A DNA stretch of 13,563 nt, taken from assembly GCA_051294375.1 (NCBI GenBank), contig CM119266.1, positions 4,868,698 to 4,882,260 of the forward strand, written 5' to 3'. A program made the translations under genes and the position numbers. Source of the DNA: Paraspadella gotoi. Lineage: Eukaryota > Animalia > Chaetognatha. The notes beneath the pieces were generated by a model that saw only the letters and a program-made list of their open reading frames with translations, did not search any database and was not told the origin of the DNA. Positions 1 to 9,780 of this stretch are shown piece by piece (the first letter of the stretch is position 1; the number at the start of each line of letters is the position of its first letter).

Positions 1-4
1 AAGC

Positions 5-112
5 CTCTCTCTCTCTCTCTCACTCTCTCTCGCCCGACAGATCGTTTTTCTCTCGCCCGCGCGTTTTTCGACTTTTCTGTCTCTCTCTCTCTCTCTCTCT
101 CTCGTCTTCTCT
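5..112. repeat. Compound (CT)n microsatellite: two tracts flanking a CpG-rich spacer
   Basis: Seen directly: ctctctct runs at ~5-31 and ~80-103. Confidence 0.9.
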
Positions 113-180
113 AAAAGGTGGTGGGTGGTTTTGGGTGCAGTCGTGGGTCTTGTGGTGGGAAACGTTGTTCTTGTAGTTGG

Positions 181-240
181 GATGACGAGACGATGATAAT
201 GAAGATGATGATGATGATGATGATGATGATGATAATAATG
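181..240. repeat. Imperfect (GAT)n trinucleotide microsatellite
   Basis: Seen directly: gatgatgat with aat/gaa/gac variants. It explains the poly-Met in ORF 118..483. Confidence 0.9.
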
Positions 241-321
241 ACCGTCGGGCGCGAAAAGATTCGAATTTACCTTCAGCGCCGATCTGGGAATTGGAAGAAG
301 CAGAGGGGAAATTCAGAGGGC

Positions 322-354
322 AGAGAGAGAGAGGGAGAGAGAGAGAGAGAGAGA
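322..354. repeat. (GA)n microsatellite
   Basis: Seen directly: agagagagagagggagagagagagagagagaga. Confidence 0.9.
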
Positions 355-502
355 TGCGCGCAAAATGCGTATTTTCGACTCAACGGAAAAAATGCAGTTT
401 TGAGCCTCAACCTGAAACGAGAAGCAATTTGCTCTCATCCACACAGTAATTTCTATGTGTGGATGAGAGAGAATTTGCTATAGAGAGAGGAGGGTAAAGG
501 TG

Positions 503-912
503 TCTCTATCTCTTTTGATCTCTCTCTATATTGTATGTAAAATTGCGCACTTATCTATCTCTCTCTGTATATCTTTCTCTTTCTATATATATCTCTAACT
601 CTTTGTCTCTCTCTCTCTCCCTCTATATTTCCATTTCTCCAGATTCCATCAGCGCCTTATTTTCTCTTCTATTTTCCTATCTAAGTTCTTTTTGTTTTCC
701 TGTCATAACACTTTCTCTTTCTCTTTCATAACACTTTCTCTTTCTTAACACTTTTTCCCTCTTTTACTTTTCTTACACTTCTTTTATCTCTCTAGTTTTT
801 TCTTCACTTTTCTCTTCTCTCTCTTCTCTTCACTTTCTTTCTCTTTTCTGTTCTCTTCTCTCTTTTTTCACTTTTCTTTTTTTTTCTTTTCTATTCCCTT
901 TTTCTCTCCTCT
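503..912. repeat. Pyrimidine-rich low-complexity tract including (CT/TA)n and a short CATAACACTTTCTCTTTC direct repeat
   Basis: Seen directly: cataacactttctctttc at 704-721 and 727-744, with a partial third copy from 746. Confidence 0.85.
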
Positions 913-1532
913 AAAATGACAGTTTTCATTGCCAGTTCGACTTTTGTCGTCTGTCGACGAAATCTGCCCCGAGAATTTTTTTCCTCTTTGTTCTTTTTTT
1001 GCTTTTTTTCACTTTTTCGCTTCATGCAACGACTTTCTTTTGGGCGACTTTGGCCAAGTCTTTGCACCCTGGCGAAAACCATTATTGTGTCCAACGAAAA
1101 AGAGAAATGGTCTTGTGTCGAAACATTAAGTTTAAAAATCTCAAAATTATATTTTCTTATTGAAAATGACTGAAAGTAGTAATTAAATTATTCTAATTGC
1201 AATAATCATGATGAATCGAATTTGATACGGGATTTTATAAAAATTTGAAGTTAATTATTTTTATTTCATTCCTTAAATCTTCTTACTATTTATTTATCGA
1301 TTCTATGAATATAATGAATAGTTAAAATGATGGATGTTTCGAAAATAAATCGATATAAAAATATAACAGTTGTCAGTCCTGAATATTTTCTCAAAATCGC
1401 CAAACCCAAACCTCCCATGAAAAAAATGAAACTCTTTTGTTGCGTTGAATCGCGTCCATAAAAAAAAGTGAGAGGAAAATTTTTTTTTCGTGAGAAGAAG
1501 AAACATTGCGGAATGCAAGAAACGAAATCCGC

Positions 1533-1576
1533 GGGAGAGAGAGGGAGAGAGGGAGAGAGAGAGAGAGAGAGAGAGA
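1533..1576. repeat. (GA)n/(GAGG) microsatellite
   Basis: Seen directly. Confidence 0.9.
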
Positions 1577-2010
1577 CAAAATGACACAAAAGAGACTGAA
1601 AATAATTCTGCTAAGTGTTTGTAAAAAAAAGGAAGGAAACTGATTTCTGAGAAACACGAGACTAAAGCGACATTTTTTTTTCGGCATCGCCCTCTCGTGA
1701 CAAAAAATAAACAAAAAACAAAGTAGCATTGACAATTTTTCTTTTTTTTTTCTCTCTTAAATCGACGGGAAATGTTTTTTTTTTATCCGAGCTTTTTGTT
1801 TGGAAAGCGATTTTAGGATTCGATAAGGCGACACTAGGCGTCGCTACGAGGCGACGAAAACACAATGGCGGCGCCCGCGAGTTTATTACATCAATTTTTT
1901 GGGGAAGGGAGGGGGCGCGTCAGTGTACGACAGTTTTTTTCGGTCGGTCAGTCGGTCAAATTTTCAAAAAGATTAATTGAGAGTAACTTTAAAATTAATT
2001 TATATAATTA

Positions 2011-2035
2011 NNNNNNNNNNNNNNNNNNNNNNNNN
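2011..2035. other. Assembly gap, exactly 25 N
   Basis: Counted 25 N. A fixed 25-N placeholder is used by the PBJelly long-read gap filler; attributing this gap to PBJelly is inference. Confidence 0.95.
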
Positions 2036-2547
2036 AGAATTTATAAATACTTAATAAATAAATTAAATAGTAAAATTAATGTTTGTCTTTACGTGTATAA
2101 AACTGGTTAAATTTCAAAAAAACTATTATTAATGATTATAAGATAACTGATAAAATAAACGGCAAATAAATAATTGCTCCTGAAACATAACAACAACATA
2201 GAAGAACGAATTCTTCACTCTGGAAATTTATTGGAGACACTAAAACTTTTTTTTGAGCCGCCCCCCGGAAGATACGAACTCGACCGCCGTTCGCGTGTCG
2301 GCGCTTCGGATTTCATTTGATTTTCGAGGGCCGCAAGGTGGCATATGCGGTGGGCAGGGAAGGGGCGCCCCTGCCGAGGGGAGGTCGCAAGGGGTCTGAG
2401 GCTGGCAAGAATGGGTTTTTTTTTTTGCGCAGACAAGAGGGCGATACGTGTGAGTGACTTTCTTGAAGCCTTAGCGAGATCGGGATTTATCAAAAATTTA
2501 TAGAGTTGAAGGCAAGATCCACTACCTTGGCGAGACCTAGATAGACT

Positions 2548-2716
2548 CACAAACCCAATACCACAACCCCAAGAACCACAACCCAAGACCACACCCAAAC
2601 GACCAAACCTTAGACCACAACCTTAGACCACAACCTATGGCCACGATCCCGACATCCTAGCAACCCGAAACCACAAGCCAACATCACAACCCGACACCAC
2701 AGACCAAGCCACCAAC
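2548..2716. repeat. Degenerate ~12-13 bp C/A-rich minisatellite, consensus ~GACCACAACCYWA
   Basis: Seen directly: accacaacccc, accacaacccaag, gaccacaacctta, gaccacaacctat, accacaagcc, atcacaacccg; roughly 12-13 units. Confidence 0.8.
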
Positions 2717-2897
2717 TTGGCCTTTCTGGGTTCGCTGATGATAAGAGTTGACGCCTCGACCGACAGTTTTCGTCAATTTCGTTCACCCCCAGATACAAGG
2801 AAACTTTTCGTAGGTACTTGCTTTTTACCCCCCCCCTTTTTTAAATGGGGTAGATAGGGGTGGAAGGGTGGGTAGAATAGAGATATAAAAGGCCCAG

Positions 2898-3112
2898 GGA
2901 AAGATGGGGGGGGTAGGAAGGGGGAGATGGGGGATTAAAGGGGAGAGATGGGATTGGAATGTTGGAGAGAGAGGGGGGATTAAAGGGTGGAGAGATGGGG
3001 GATAAACGGGGGAGGGATGGGGAATTAAAGGGGAGAGAACTGAGGTATTGAAGATGGGGAGGAGATGGGGGATAGGATAGGGTGGTGGAGACGGAGATGG
3101 GCGGGATGACCG
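2898..3112. repeat. Degenerate ~21-23 bp G-rich minisatellite, consensus ~GGGGAGAGATGGGGGATTAAAG
   Basis: Seen directly: ggggagatgggggattaaag, gagaggggggattaaag, gagagatgggggataaacg, gagggatggggaattaaag, ggagatgggggatagg. Confidence 0.8.
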
Positions 3113-3929
3113 CGGGGGAGTAGATGCGGTGGGGGGACGGTGGAGGTTTGAAAGCTGGGAAATTGGGTTTGGGATTGGTACTTCCCTGGACCTCTATGTA
3201 TGGCTCTTCAGTAGACTACTGACGCGGTTTTGTTTTCTCTTCCCATATCTCCATTATTTTTACACTACGCTTTCTCATTACAGTATAAGGGATAGGTTAG
3301 ATATATCTATCTATAGTAAGCGTTCGCCGGCTTGTGTGATTTGTGTCCTGTCGTGAACGATAACTCGCTTCAACGAATAGCTGCAGTGAATTGAGTCTGT
3401 GGCGGCTGCGTTCCCATTATTATATCTCCTCTTCTCTTCTTGATCTCTGGACTTCCACTGAGTTTGAGGGATTTAGCAAGTGAGCGTTTTGTAGTTTTGT
3501 TTTCTATTATATTTTCTTTTATAAATATAAGATAAGATCTAGATTTAAAGCTTATAGGGGTTCGCTGTGTTATTATCTTGTAAGCGGTATGAAGCTCTTT
3601 CAACCAACCAATAATCTAGAGGAAAGACTCTTTATTTATTGATTTTAATGGATCTTTTTTTTTTTTCAAAAGATCATAGTTTTTTAATTTAAAATTAGTC
3701 GAGAACCCGAATTATCAGTTTCTTTTATCAAGTCATTTCTTTGGTATAAAATTGATATAAACTGATAACAAATATAAGAACATTAAAATAATATTTCAGT
3801 TTTTCAAAGTCTCTAAAAAGTCAAATAATCGTCATATATGCACAAATGCGATGAAAGAAAAAAAAAAAAAACAGTTAGTCTCCCTTCGCGAGAGAAAATT
3901 TGTACCAATTCCCGTTTTTGTCGTCAGCG

Positions 3930-3958
3930 TCTCTCTCTCTCTCTCTCTCCCTCCCTCC
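3930..3958. repeat. (CT)n/(CCCT)n microsatellite
   Basis: Seen directly. Confidence 0.85.
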
Positions 3959-4072
3959 TGCAGAGTTTTTTTTCTTTTATGGATCCAGTTTTCCTTTTTT
4001 TTTAGAAAAATAAGGGAACAGGAAAAAAAATGTGGAGGGAGAAAGGGAAATTACTCCTTCCAACCTTGACGA

Positions 4073-4633
4073 TCTTTTTTCTCTTTATATTCTCTCTCCT
4101 TTTTATCTCCTTTCCTTCTTTACTCCCTTTTCCTTTCTACTTTTAATTTTCCTCTATTTCCTCTTTCTCCTTTTTTCCTTCCTCCTTTTCCTTTTTTCCT
4201 TCCTCCTNNNNNNNNNNNNNNNNNNNNNNNNNTTTTCACTATCCTCCGACTTTTCCTTTTTTATCCTTTCCTCACTTAATTCCAAACTTATTTTGTCTGT
4301 CCGTCCTTTCCTTTATGAGTTCTAGTCCTCACTTTTTCCTTTTTATCCTACCTACCCTTTTCCTTTTCACTTCCTTCTTTCTCTTTTTGTATTTTCTACT
4401 TCCCTTGCCTCTTTCTTCTCTCCCTTTTTTCTCTCTCTATCCCTTACAGTTCTCGGATCTTCTTCTACCTTCCCCTCCGTCTTTTGCCCCCTCCCCTCTT
4501 CTCCCTCTTCTCTTTCCTCCTTTCTCCTCTTTCTCTCCTTCTCTCTCTCTCCCTTTCTTCTCTCTCTCTTCCCTTCTCCCTATGCTCTCTTCTCCTGGGG
4601 CATCTCTAACGGGCGTTTTTCTCTCTCTCTCTG
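4073..4633. repeat. Long polypyrimidine low-complexity tract, interrupted by a 25-N gap
   Basis: Almost exclusively C/T on the + strand. It produces the F/L/S/P-only ORFs 4032..4325 and 4315..4686. Confidence 0.9.
4208..4232. other. Assembly gap, exactly 25 N
   Basis: Counted 25 N. Confidence 0.95.
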
Positions 4634-6619
4634 TATGTGCGCATTTCGACGGCGTTATTTTGATAAAGGGATCGCGTAAGATCTAACTAGCAAAAAAAAA
4701 CCAGTGTTTGGGGGTCCCCAAAGGCACAAAAGCAGAGTGATGTGATTTATAAAGAACAGATGTTGGGGGGAGAGCGCGAAAGGTCTATATTGTTTCTGGA
4801 CGGCTCCCTGACCGCAAACGAACTCACCCGCTCACCGACACCGACGCGACGACCGGACCGGACGGGGAGAGTTAGCAAAGGGTGAAAAGTGAAAGGTGAG
4901 GCGCTGAAGGTATGGTATTTTAAGAAATTTAGAATTGGAAGTTGTCAGGCAGATTTTGAGAATAAAACTTGGAACTGGAGGTCACTTCGAATATTAGTTG
5001 AGATATATTGGATTTGTTAATAAAATCAAGATAAACACATTGATTACCGCCTTCTTGTTTTATTTTTGTTTTTTACTAATTTCTGAATGAATTATACTAT
5101 ATAGGATTTGATGGATTCTAATAAGCAACTCGGTGATAGAATAAGGCAGTTGGATAGATGTACTGAATACTATTTATAAGAGAATAGATGTTACGGTGCA
5201 GTTTACTTTAATAAAAATGAAACATAACACCATGCGTACAAAATCTGCAACGAAATCAGATGTGCGAGGAAAATTAAAAGATCGAGAAATCTTGTCAGTG
5301 ATGTGGGGTATAGTTATAATAATGATGAGATGGAGAAAACGAAATTGGATTAAAGGAGGTAAAATAATAAAGGTACTTCAAAAGAAAAACGTGGGGTGGT
5401 CTATTAACCTAGTAGAATTTTTCCCTTTTTCTTCCTTATTTTTCCTTACTCTTTTTTCTTCAATTCTTCTCCAATCCGAACGTCCAGTTTTAACGTTATT
5501 CCTAGAGGGATAGGCACGCCCGGGCGCGCTCTCATTTCCCTCCCTGCCGGCGCCAATGTAGTGGCCTGGGGGGGACGGACCGGCCGTTAAGAAAAAAGCG
5601 CCAACTGGGGCTTTTTTTCAAAATTAAATGGGAAATGACGGGGGGAAACTTATGAGGGGACAATTAATTCAAAGTAGGCAAAAATGTTATTAATGGAAAA
5701 AAGGGAAAAATTTAGAAGATGAAAACTGGGACATTTTCATAAAATAAATTTTTTGCTTATTTTTCTCATTTTCTTAAGTGCGGAGCTTTGTAAAAAAAAT
5801 GGAAAACCCCTTCAAACTGACAGAGGCGGAGGACAGAAGAGAAAGAAGAAGAGGAACAAGAGGAGAAAGAGAGGGAGGAAGGAGAGGCGCGCGCAGAATT
5901 TTCTACGAAATCGGAGCTGTGAGTTAAGAACCTCTATTCGATCAATAACCCAATCCATCTCCCTCTTTAAATGGTGGGCGCAAATGAACCTATATCAACC
6001 TCCTGGCGACCTTATGCCAACAGTTAGCCCAAACCGAATTTTAAAACCGCAGCCTCAAGCCGATGTTTAAATCGCGGTGGGGCACTTGTGGTGTGGGCCT
6101 GTTAGGCCTGGGATAAAATATACCGGGGTTCATTCATTAACTCTGCTCTCCTCTTCTATATCTAAATAATTTAATTTCCCTTCTCCTTCTTTTCGGCCGT
6201 CTCTCTCTCTTTTATTCCCTTCCGTCGTGCCTCCCTTCTCTCTCTTCCTTCCCTCTCTCCTTTCCTCTTTTCCTCTTCTACTCTCTTTTTTGTTCTTAGA
6301 TCTGTTCCTCTAAACCGACATCGACCCCGAAAAAGTTTCTTTTCAGGGATAATTAGGCACTCCACAAACAAAGAAGCTTTAATTCATTGGTGGCAGCGGG
6401 GGTCTCATTTTGCGGTTTCTTCAATTCATAAATCATTCTCTTTATCATACTCTGGGTCCCATCCTCCCTTTCACCTCAAAAAATCTACTTTTCTAACACG
6501 ATTAAGTTCTTCACCCTTCATTTTTTTGTTACATCTCCGTGTGCGCGTGTGAGCAGTGCTTTCAATAAAAGTATCTTGTTTTTCTTACGCGTCTCCAAAA
6601 TACTTTCACCCCTCATTTC

Positions 6620-6875
6620 CGGTCGGCCCTCCCCCTTCTCCCTCCTCTCTCTTAGCTTTTCTCTCTTTTTCCTCCTCCACCTCGACTCTCTGTCTCTCGC
6701 CTTCTCTCCTCTCTACCTCTCGCCCCCCATTGTTGTCAGTATTTCTCCTTTCTGTTTGATTCCCTTCCTCGTCCCTCCTCCTTCTCTATCTCGCCCCTCT
6801 CGATTCCCCCTGCCTCCGCTTACCTCTTCCTCTCTTTTACCCGTCCTTCCCCCTCCTCTCCCCTCTCTCCCTCTA
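6620..6875. repeat. C/T-rich low-complexity tract
   Basis: Seen directly. It produces the P/L/S-rich ORF 6549..6878. Confidence 0.85.
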
Positions 6876-7321
6876 TAATTCCATCAACTTCTCTAATCTG
6901 TTTTTCCTTTGTCGTTCCGCTCTCGTGTCTCTGGAGTGTTTGTAAAACACGCTCTACGTCTAAACTTTGATCCGACGGCTTCTCGCGTTTAAATGCACTA
7001 AAAAAAATTAAAAAAGCCAAGCAAGTCGGACAACGTTCAAGGCTTCCGCCTGGCCAAGCATCACTAAGCTTAGATTGGGTTTAAGCACTTTTGTCAGCTT
7101 CCTTTAGAAAATGTTTGCTGTAAAAGTTTGCCAGGGAATTCTTGGGTTGGAGGATTTATCTTTGCGAGAAAAGCTGAAAATTTATCAAAAACAAGGACCC
7201 CCCGGCCTGAGATTTTCAACTTCTACACTCACTCTCTTTCTCTCTCACGGGGGGCTGTGTCATCTGTGTTAGGTGCCTTCAATGTTTTAGACGTTTTCTG
7301 AACGTACAGTGATTCTGACTA

Positions 7322-7530
7322 TCCTTTTTTCTTTTCTCCTCTTGCTTTTAACCTTCTATTTCTCTTTCCTCTTCCTCTCTTCTTCTTCATTCCACTCTAC
7401 TTTTCTTCTTTTCTCTCTTTTCGCTTCTTCTCTTTCTTTCTCTTTCTCTTCTCTTACTACTTCACTCATATTTCCCATACTCCTCCCTCCTTCCTTCCCT
7501 CCTCCCTCTCGCCCTTTTCTCTTCTGTTTT
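7322..7530. repeat. Polypyrimidine low-complexity tract
   Basis: Seen directly. Confidence 0.85.
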
Positions 7531-9050
7531 AATGATAAACGTAAGCATTTTCTCTCGTTGCACTAGAATGTTTATAATTTAAAAACAACCACCCCCGAAG
7601 GGCCCGAGGGAATTTAAGCGTTTGTTTGTCTCAACCCCACAAAACAATTTGGTATGTTCCCTCTCTCCTACCACTCAAGTCTCATTCCCCCAATCTTTAT
7701 CGACATGTACAGCGTGGGATCTCTAACTCGTCTGCTTATCCTGGCGGTACTCTCTCTCTACTCTCTCTCCATACTCTACTGTCTGTGAGACCGGAAATCG
7801 AAGGCACGAAAGCAATTACATGGTCTTTGGAACCAGAGGGCTTTCTCGAGGTGCTAAATAATCGGCATTGGTGAACGGAGTTTGTAATTTCACGAAAGAC
7901 AGGCTGCTAGCCGGTTGATGTATTCCAATATAGAAGTGCATCTCTTTAAATCGAAGTTTGCGTTTAATTTCAGAGAGATTTTGCAAATGTTTATATCCCA
8001 TATAAGCTACCTCTTGCCGGCGATTATGCTATGCTCTTACCTTTGCCCTACCTTTGCCCTTACAAATGAATGAACCGTCGTCTATTTGTGCGCCGCCTCT
8101 CACAACGAGTTACCACACTCTCTCCTAATAAGTCCAAAACAGAATATTTTCATCTGCAGAAACGTAGAAGAAGGAAGGCTCTCGAAAAAACGAAAAAGAC
8201 GAAGGAGCTCGAGTTACGCTATCTGTCCGACACTAAAAATTATCATCAATTAGAAAGAGGAAGCAAGGAAAAGAAAAAGACAGGGAGGAGGGGCAGAGCG
8301 AGATGAGAGAAGGTACGACGAGTGAGATCAGATGACAGGTGTCTGTCAGTACATGCTCATTCGTCTCTCTTCATATCTACTCTCGGTTTCTGCAGCGATT
8401 TGGAGGATTTTTATCTGGTATTGCGCCCTGTAACCATCACTTATTGTAAGAAACACGTTCACACTCTGCGACCCTTAGAACTGTCACTCGTAACTATCGG
8501 CATGGATTAAACTTACCTTCTCCAAACGGAAAAACTGCGGTACTGTTTTTCAACACCTTTCGACTGTCATCTGCACCCACCCCCAACCTTCCAGTTACCC
8601 GCTCAACAGCTATCATAACTTCTAAGGCGAGACTGCTTTCGATAATACGTCCGTCACCCGTCGATTCTAAATTTCTTCACATTTCTTTCCCTACTTTTCC
8701 TTTGCCCTCTCTACCAACCCTATCTCATCTCATAAAGCTTTCTCCATCTTAGTGCGCCTTTCCATCTAACACTTACTTTATACTCTCCGTCAAGGGGTGC
8801 GCCATCTACTCCCCTCTCCCACGGCCGTGCAGTATCTCTTTACTATCCTCGCTCTCGTCGGTCTTCTCACTCACGTACGACGAGCGACGTCTTCAGCTAC
8901 AACGACGCACGCGACGAATCTCGACAATGTGTCACAATTAGCGACAAAGCCTCCGGTCCCTCACTCGAGGCCTCTCTCCTTTTTCCCTCGATTGCCTTTC
9001 GACGCATAAGTTCGTCTCTGCAGGTGATGTAAAGCGGAAGCGGTCGAGGT

Positions 9051-9051
<1 letters not shown>

Positions 9052-9084
<33 letters not shown>
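9052..9084. repeat. Perfect (GAC)11 microsatellite
   Basis: Counted 11 units. A degraded counterpart lies at ~4836-4863 (ccgacaccgacgcgacgaccggaccggac). Confidence 0.95.
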
Positions 9085-9086
<2 letters not shown>

Positions 9087-9535
9087 AGGGTAAGGCAAAG
9101 GGTGAGAAGGAAAGGTGAGGCGCGAAGCTGGATGCGTAGTTGTTAAGAAAATGTAGAGATTGAAAAGTGTGAGAATAAAAACTGGAACTGGAGTCACTTC
9201 GGAATTAGGAGATATGATTTTAATAAAACAAATAACACATTTGAATTACCGTTCTTGTTTTTATTTGTTTTTACTAATTTCATTAACAAAGTTTCAAACA
9301 ACGAAAAAGAAAGGATAATTACCATGAATACTAATTTCATAAAGAAAATAGATTGGTATGCAAGTTTACTTAAAAATAAATTAAAACTTAAACACCATTG
9401 CGTACAAATCTGCGAACAAATCGTGATTGCGAGGAAAATAAAAGATCGAGAAATCTGTCAGGGTGAGTTAGGGTAAGTTAGATCTAAAGGATGAAAGGAA
9501 ATCGAATTAAGGAAAAAGATGGGGGGGAGTAAGGA

Positions 9536-9583
9536 TTTTTTTCTCCTTTTTTTTCTCCTTTTTTTTTCTCCTTTTTTTCTCTC
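9536..9583. repeat. (T7-9 CTCC) tandem repeat, about 4 units
   Basis: Seen directly. Confidence 0.8.
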
Positions 9584-9622
9584 ATCTCATTCGATCCGAC
9601 GCGTTTTACGTTTCTCTGAGGG

Positions 9623-9688
9623 GAGGCACGCCCGGGCGCGCCTCATTCGGCCTTCCCCTCGCGGCGCCGAGTAGTTCCCTTGGCGCCG
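9623..9688. other. GC-rich near-perfect palindrome plus adjacent stem-loop
   Basis: gaggcacgcccgggcgcgcctc (9623-9644) is self-complementary except for one A/C pair. cggcgccgag (9662-9671) pairs with cttggcgccg (9679-9688) with one G-T pair around a 7-nt loop. Confidence 0.75.
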
Positions 9689-9711
9689 TAAAAAAAGCGC
9701 CGACGCATAAC

Positions 9712-9743
<32 letters not shown>

Positions 9744-9747
9744 CAGA

Positions 9748-9779
<32 letters not shown>

Positions 9780-9780
9780 C
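9712..9780. repeat. (GA)n microsatellite with periodic GACA interruptions
   Basis: Seen directly. Confidence 0.95.

Larger units (their letters stand above)
4830..8970 (+). repeat. Copy 1 (long, insertion-rich) of a multi-kb tandem direct duplication
   Basis: Collinear shared anchors, copy1/copy2: gaaaggtgaggcgc 4891/9110; taaaagatcgagaaatct 5275/9439; aggcacgcccgggcgcgc 5512/9624; gttcaagg 7035/10825; gtctcattccccca 7679/11114; cctttgcccttacaa 8051/11378; ttgcgccctg 8421/11621; aaacttacct 8509/11665; ggtccctcactc 8955/11922. The left boundary is approximate and may extend to ~4640. Confidence 0.9.

Noticed and set aside
118-483. 121-aa ORF with poly-Met and ER repeats
   Set aside because: It translates (GAT)n and (GA)n microsatellites, has a GTG start and shows no domain.
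2735-2803. CTGATGA followed by a stem and a later GAAA (hammerhead, box C or SECIS-like)
   Set aside because: GAAA does not directly follow the stem, stems I and III are absent, no box D is nearby, and there is no 3' GA for a SECIS core.
4032-4686. F/L/S/P-rich, hydrophobic-looking ORFs (also 531..731, 6549..6878, 7309..7566, 12803..13123)
   Set aside because: Polypyrimidine tracts lack stop codons by composition, so these are not evidence of membrane proteins.
5196-5513. ORFs 5196..5513 and 9255..9476 sharing K(L/I)KDREI
   Set aside because: The shared peptide reflects the DNA duplication. Reading frame is not conserved elsewhere between the copies and no family is recognisable.
8509-8518. 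Minus-strand consensus splice donor AG|GTAAGT, present in both copies (also 11665-11674)
   Set aside because: No plausible upstream exon: the adjacent sequence is a 14-bp, non-triplet array. Presence in both copies is explained by the duplication.
9634-9703. Resemblance of gccttcccctcgcggcgccg to the HDV ribozyme P3/L3 segment (GCCUCCUCGCUGGCGCCG)
   Set aside because: I cannot build non-overlapping P1 and P2 helices, the GG needed for P1.1 is missing, there is no proper J4/2, and copy 1 does not support the fold.
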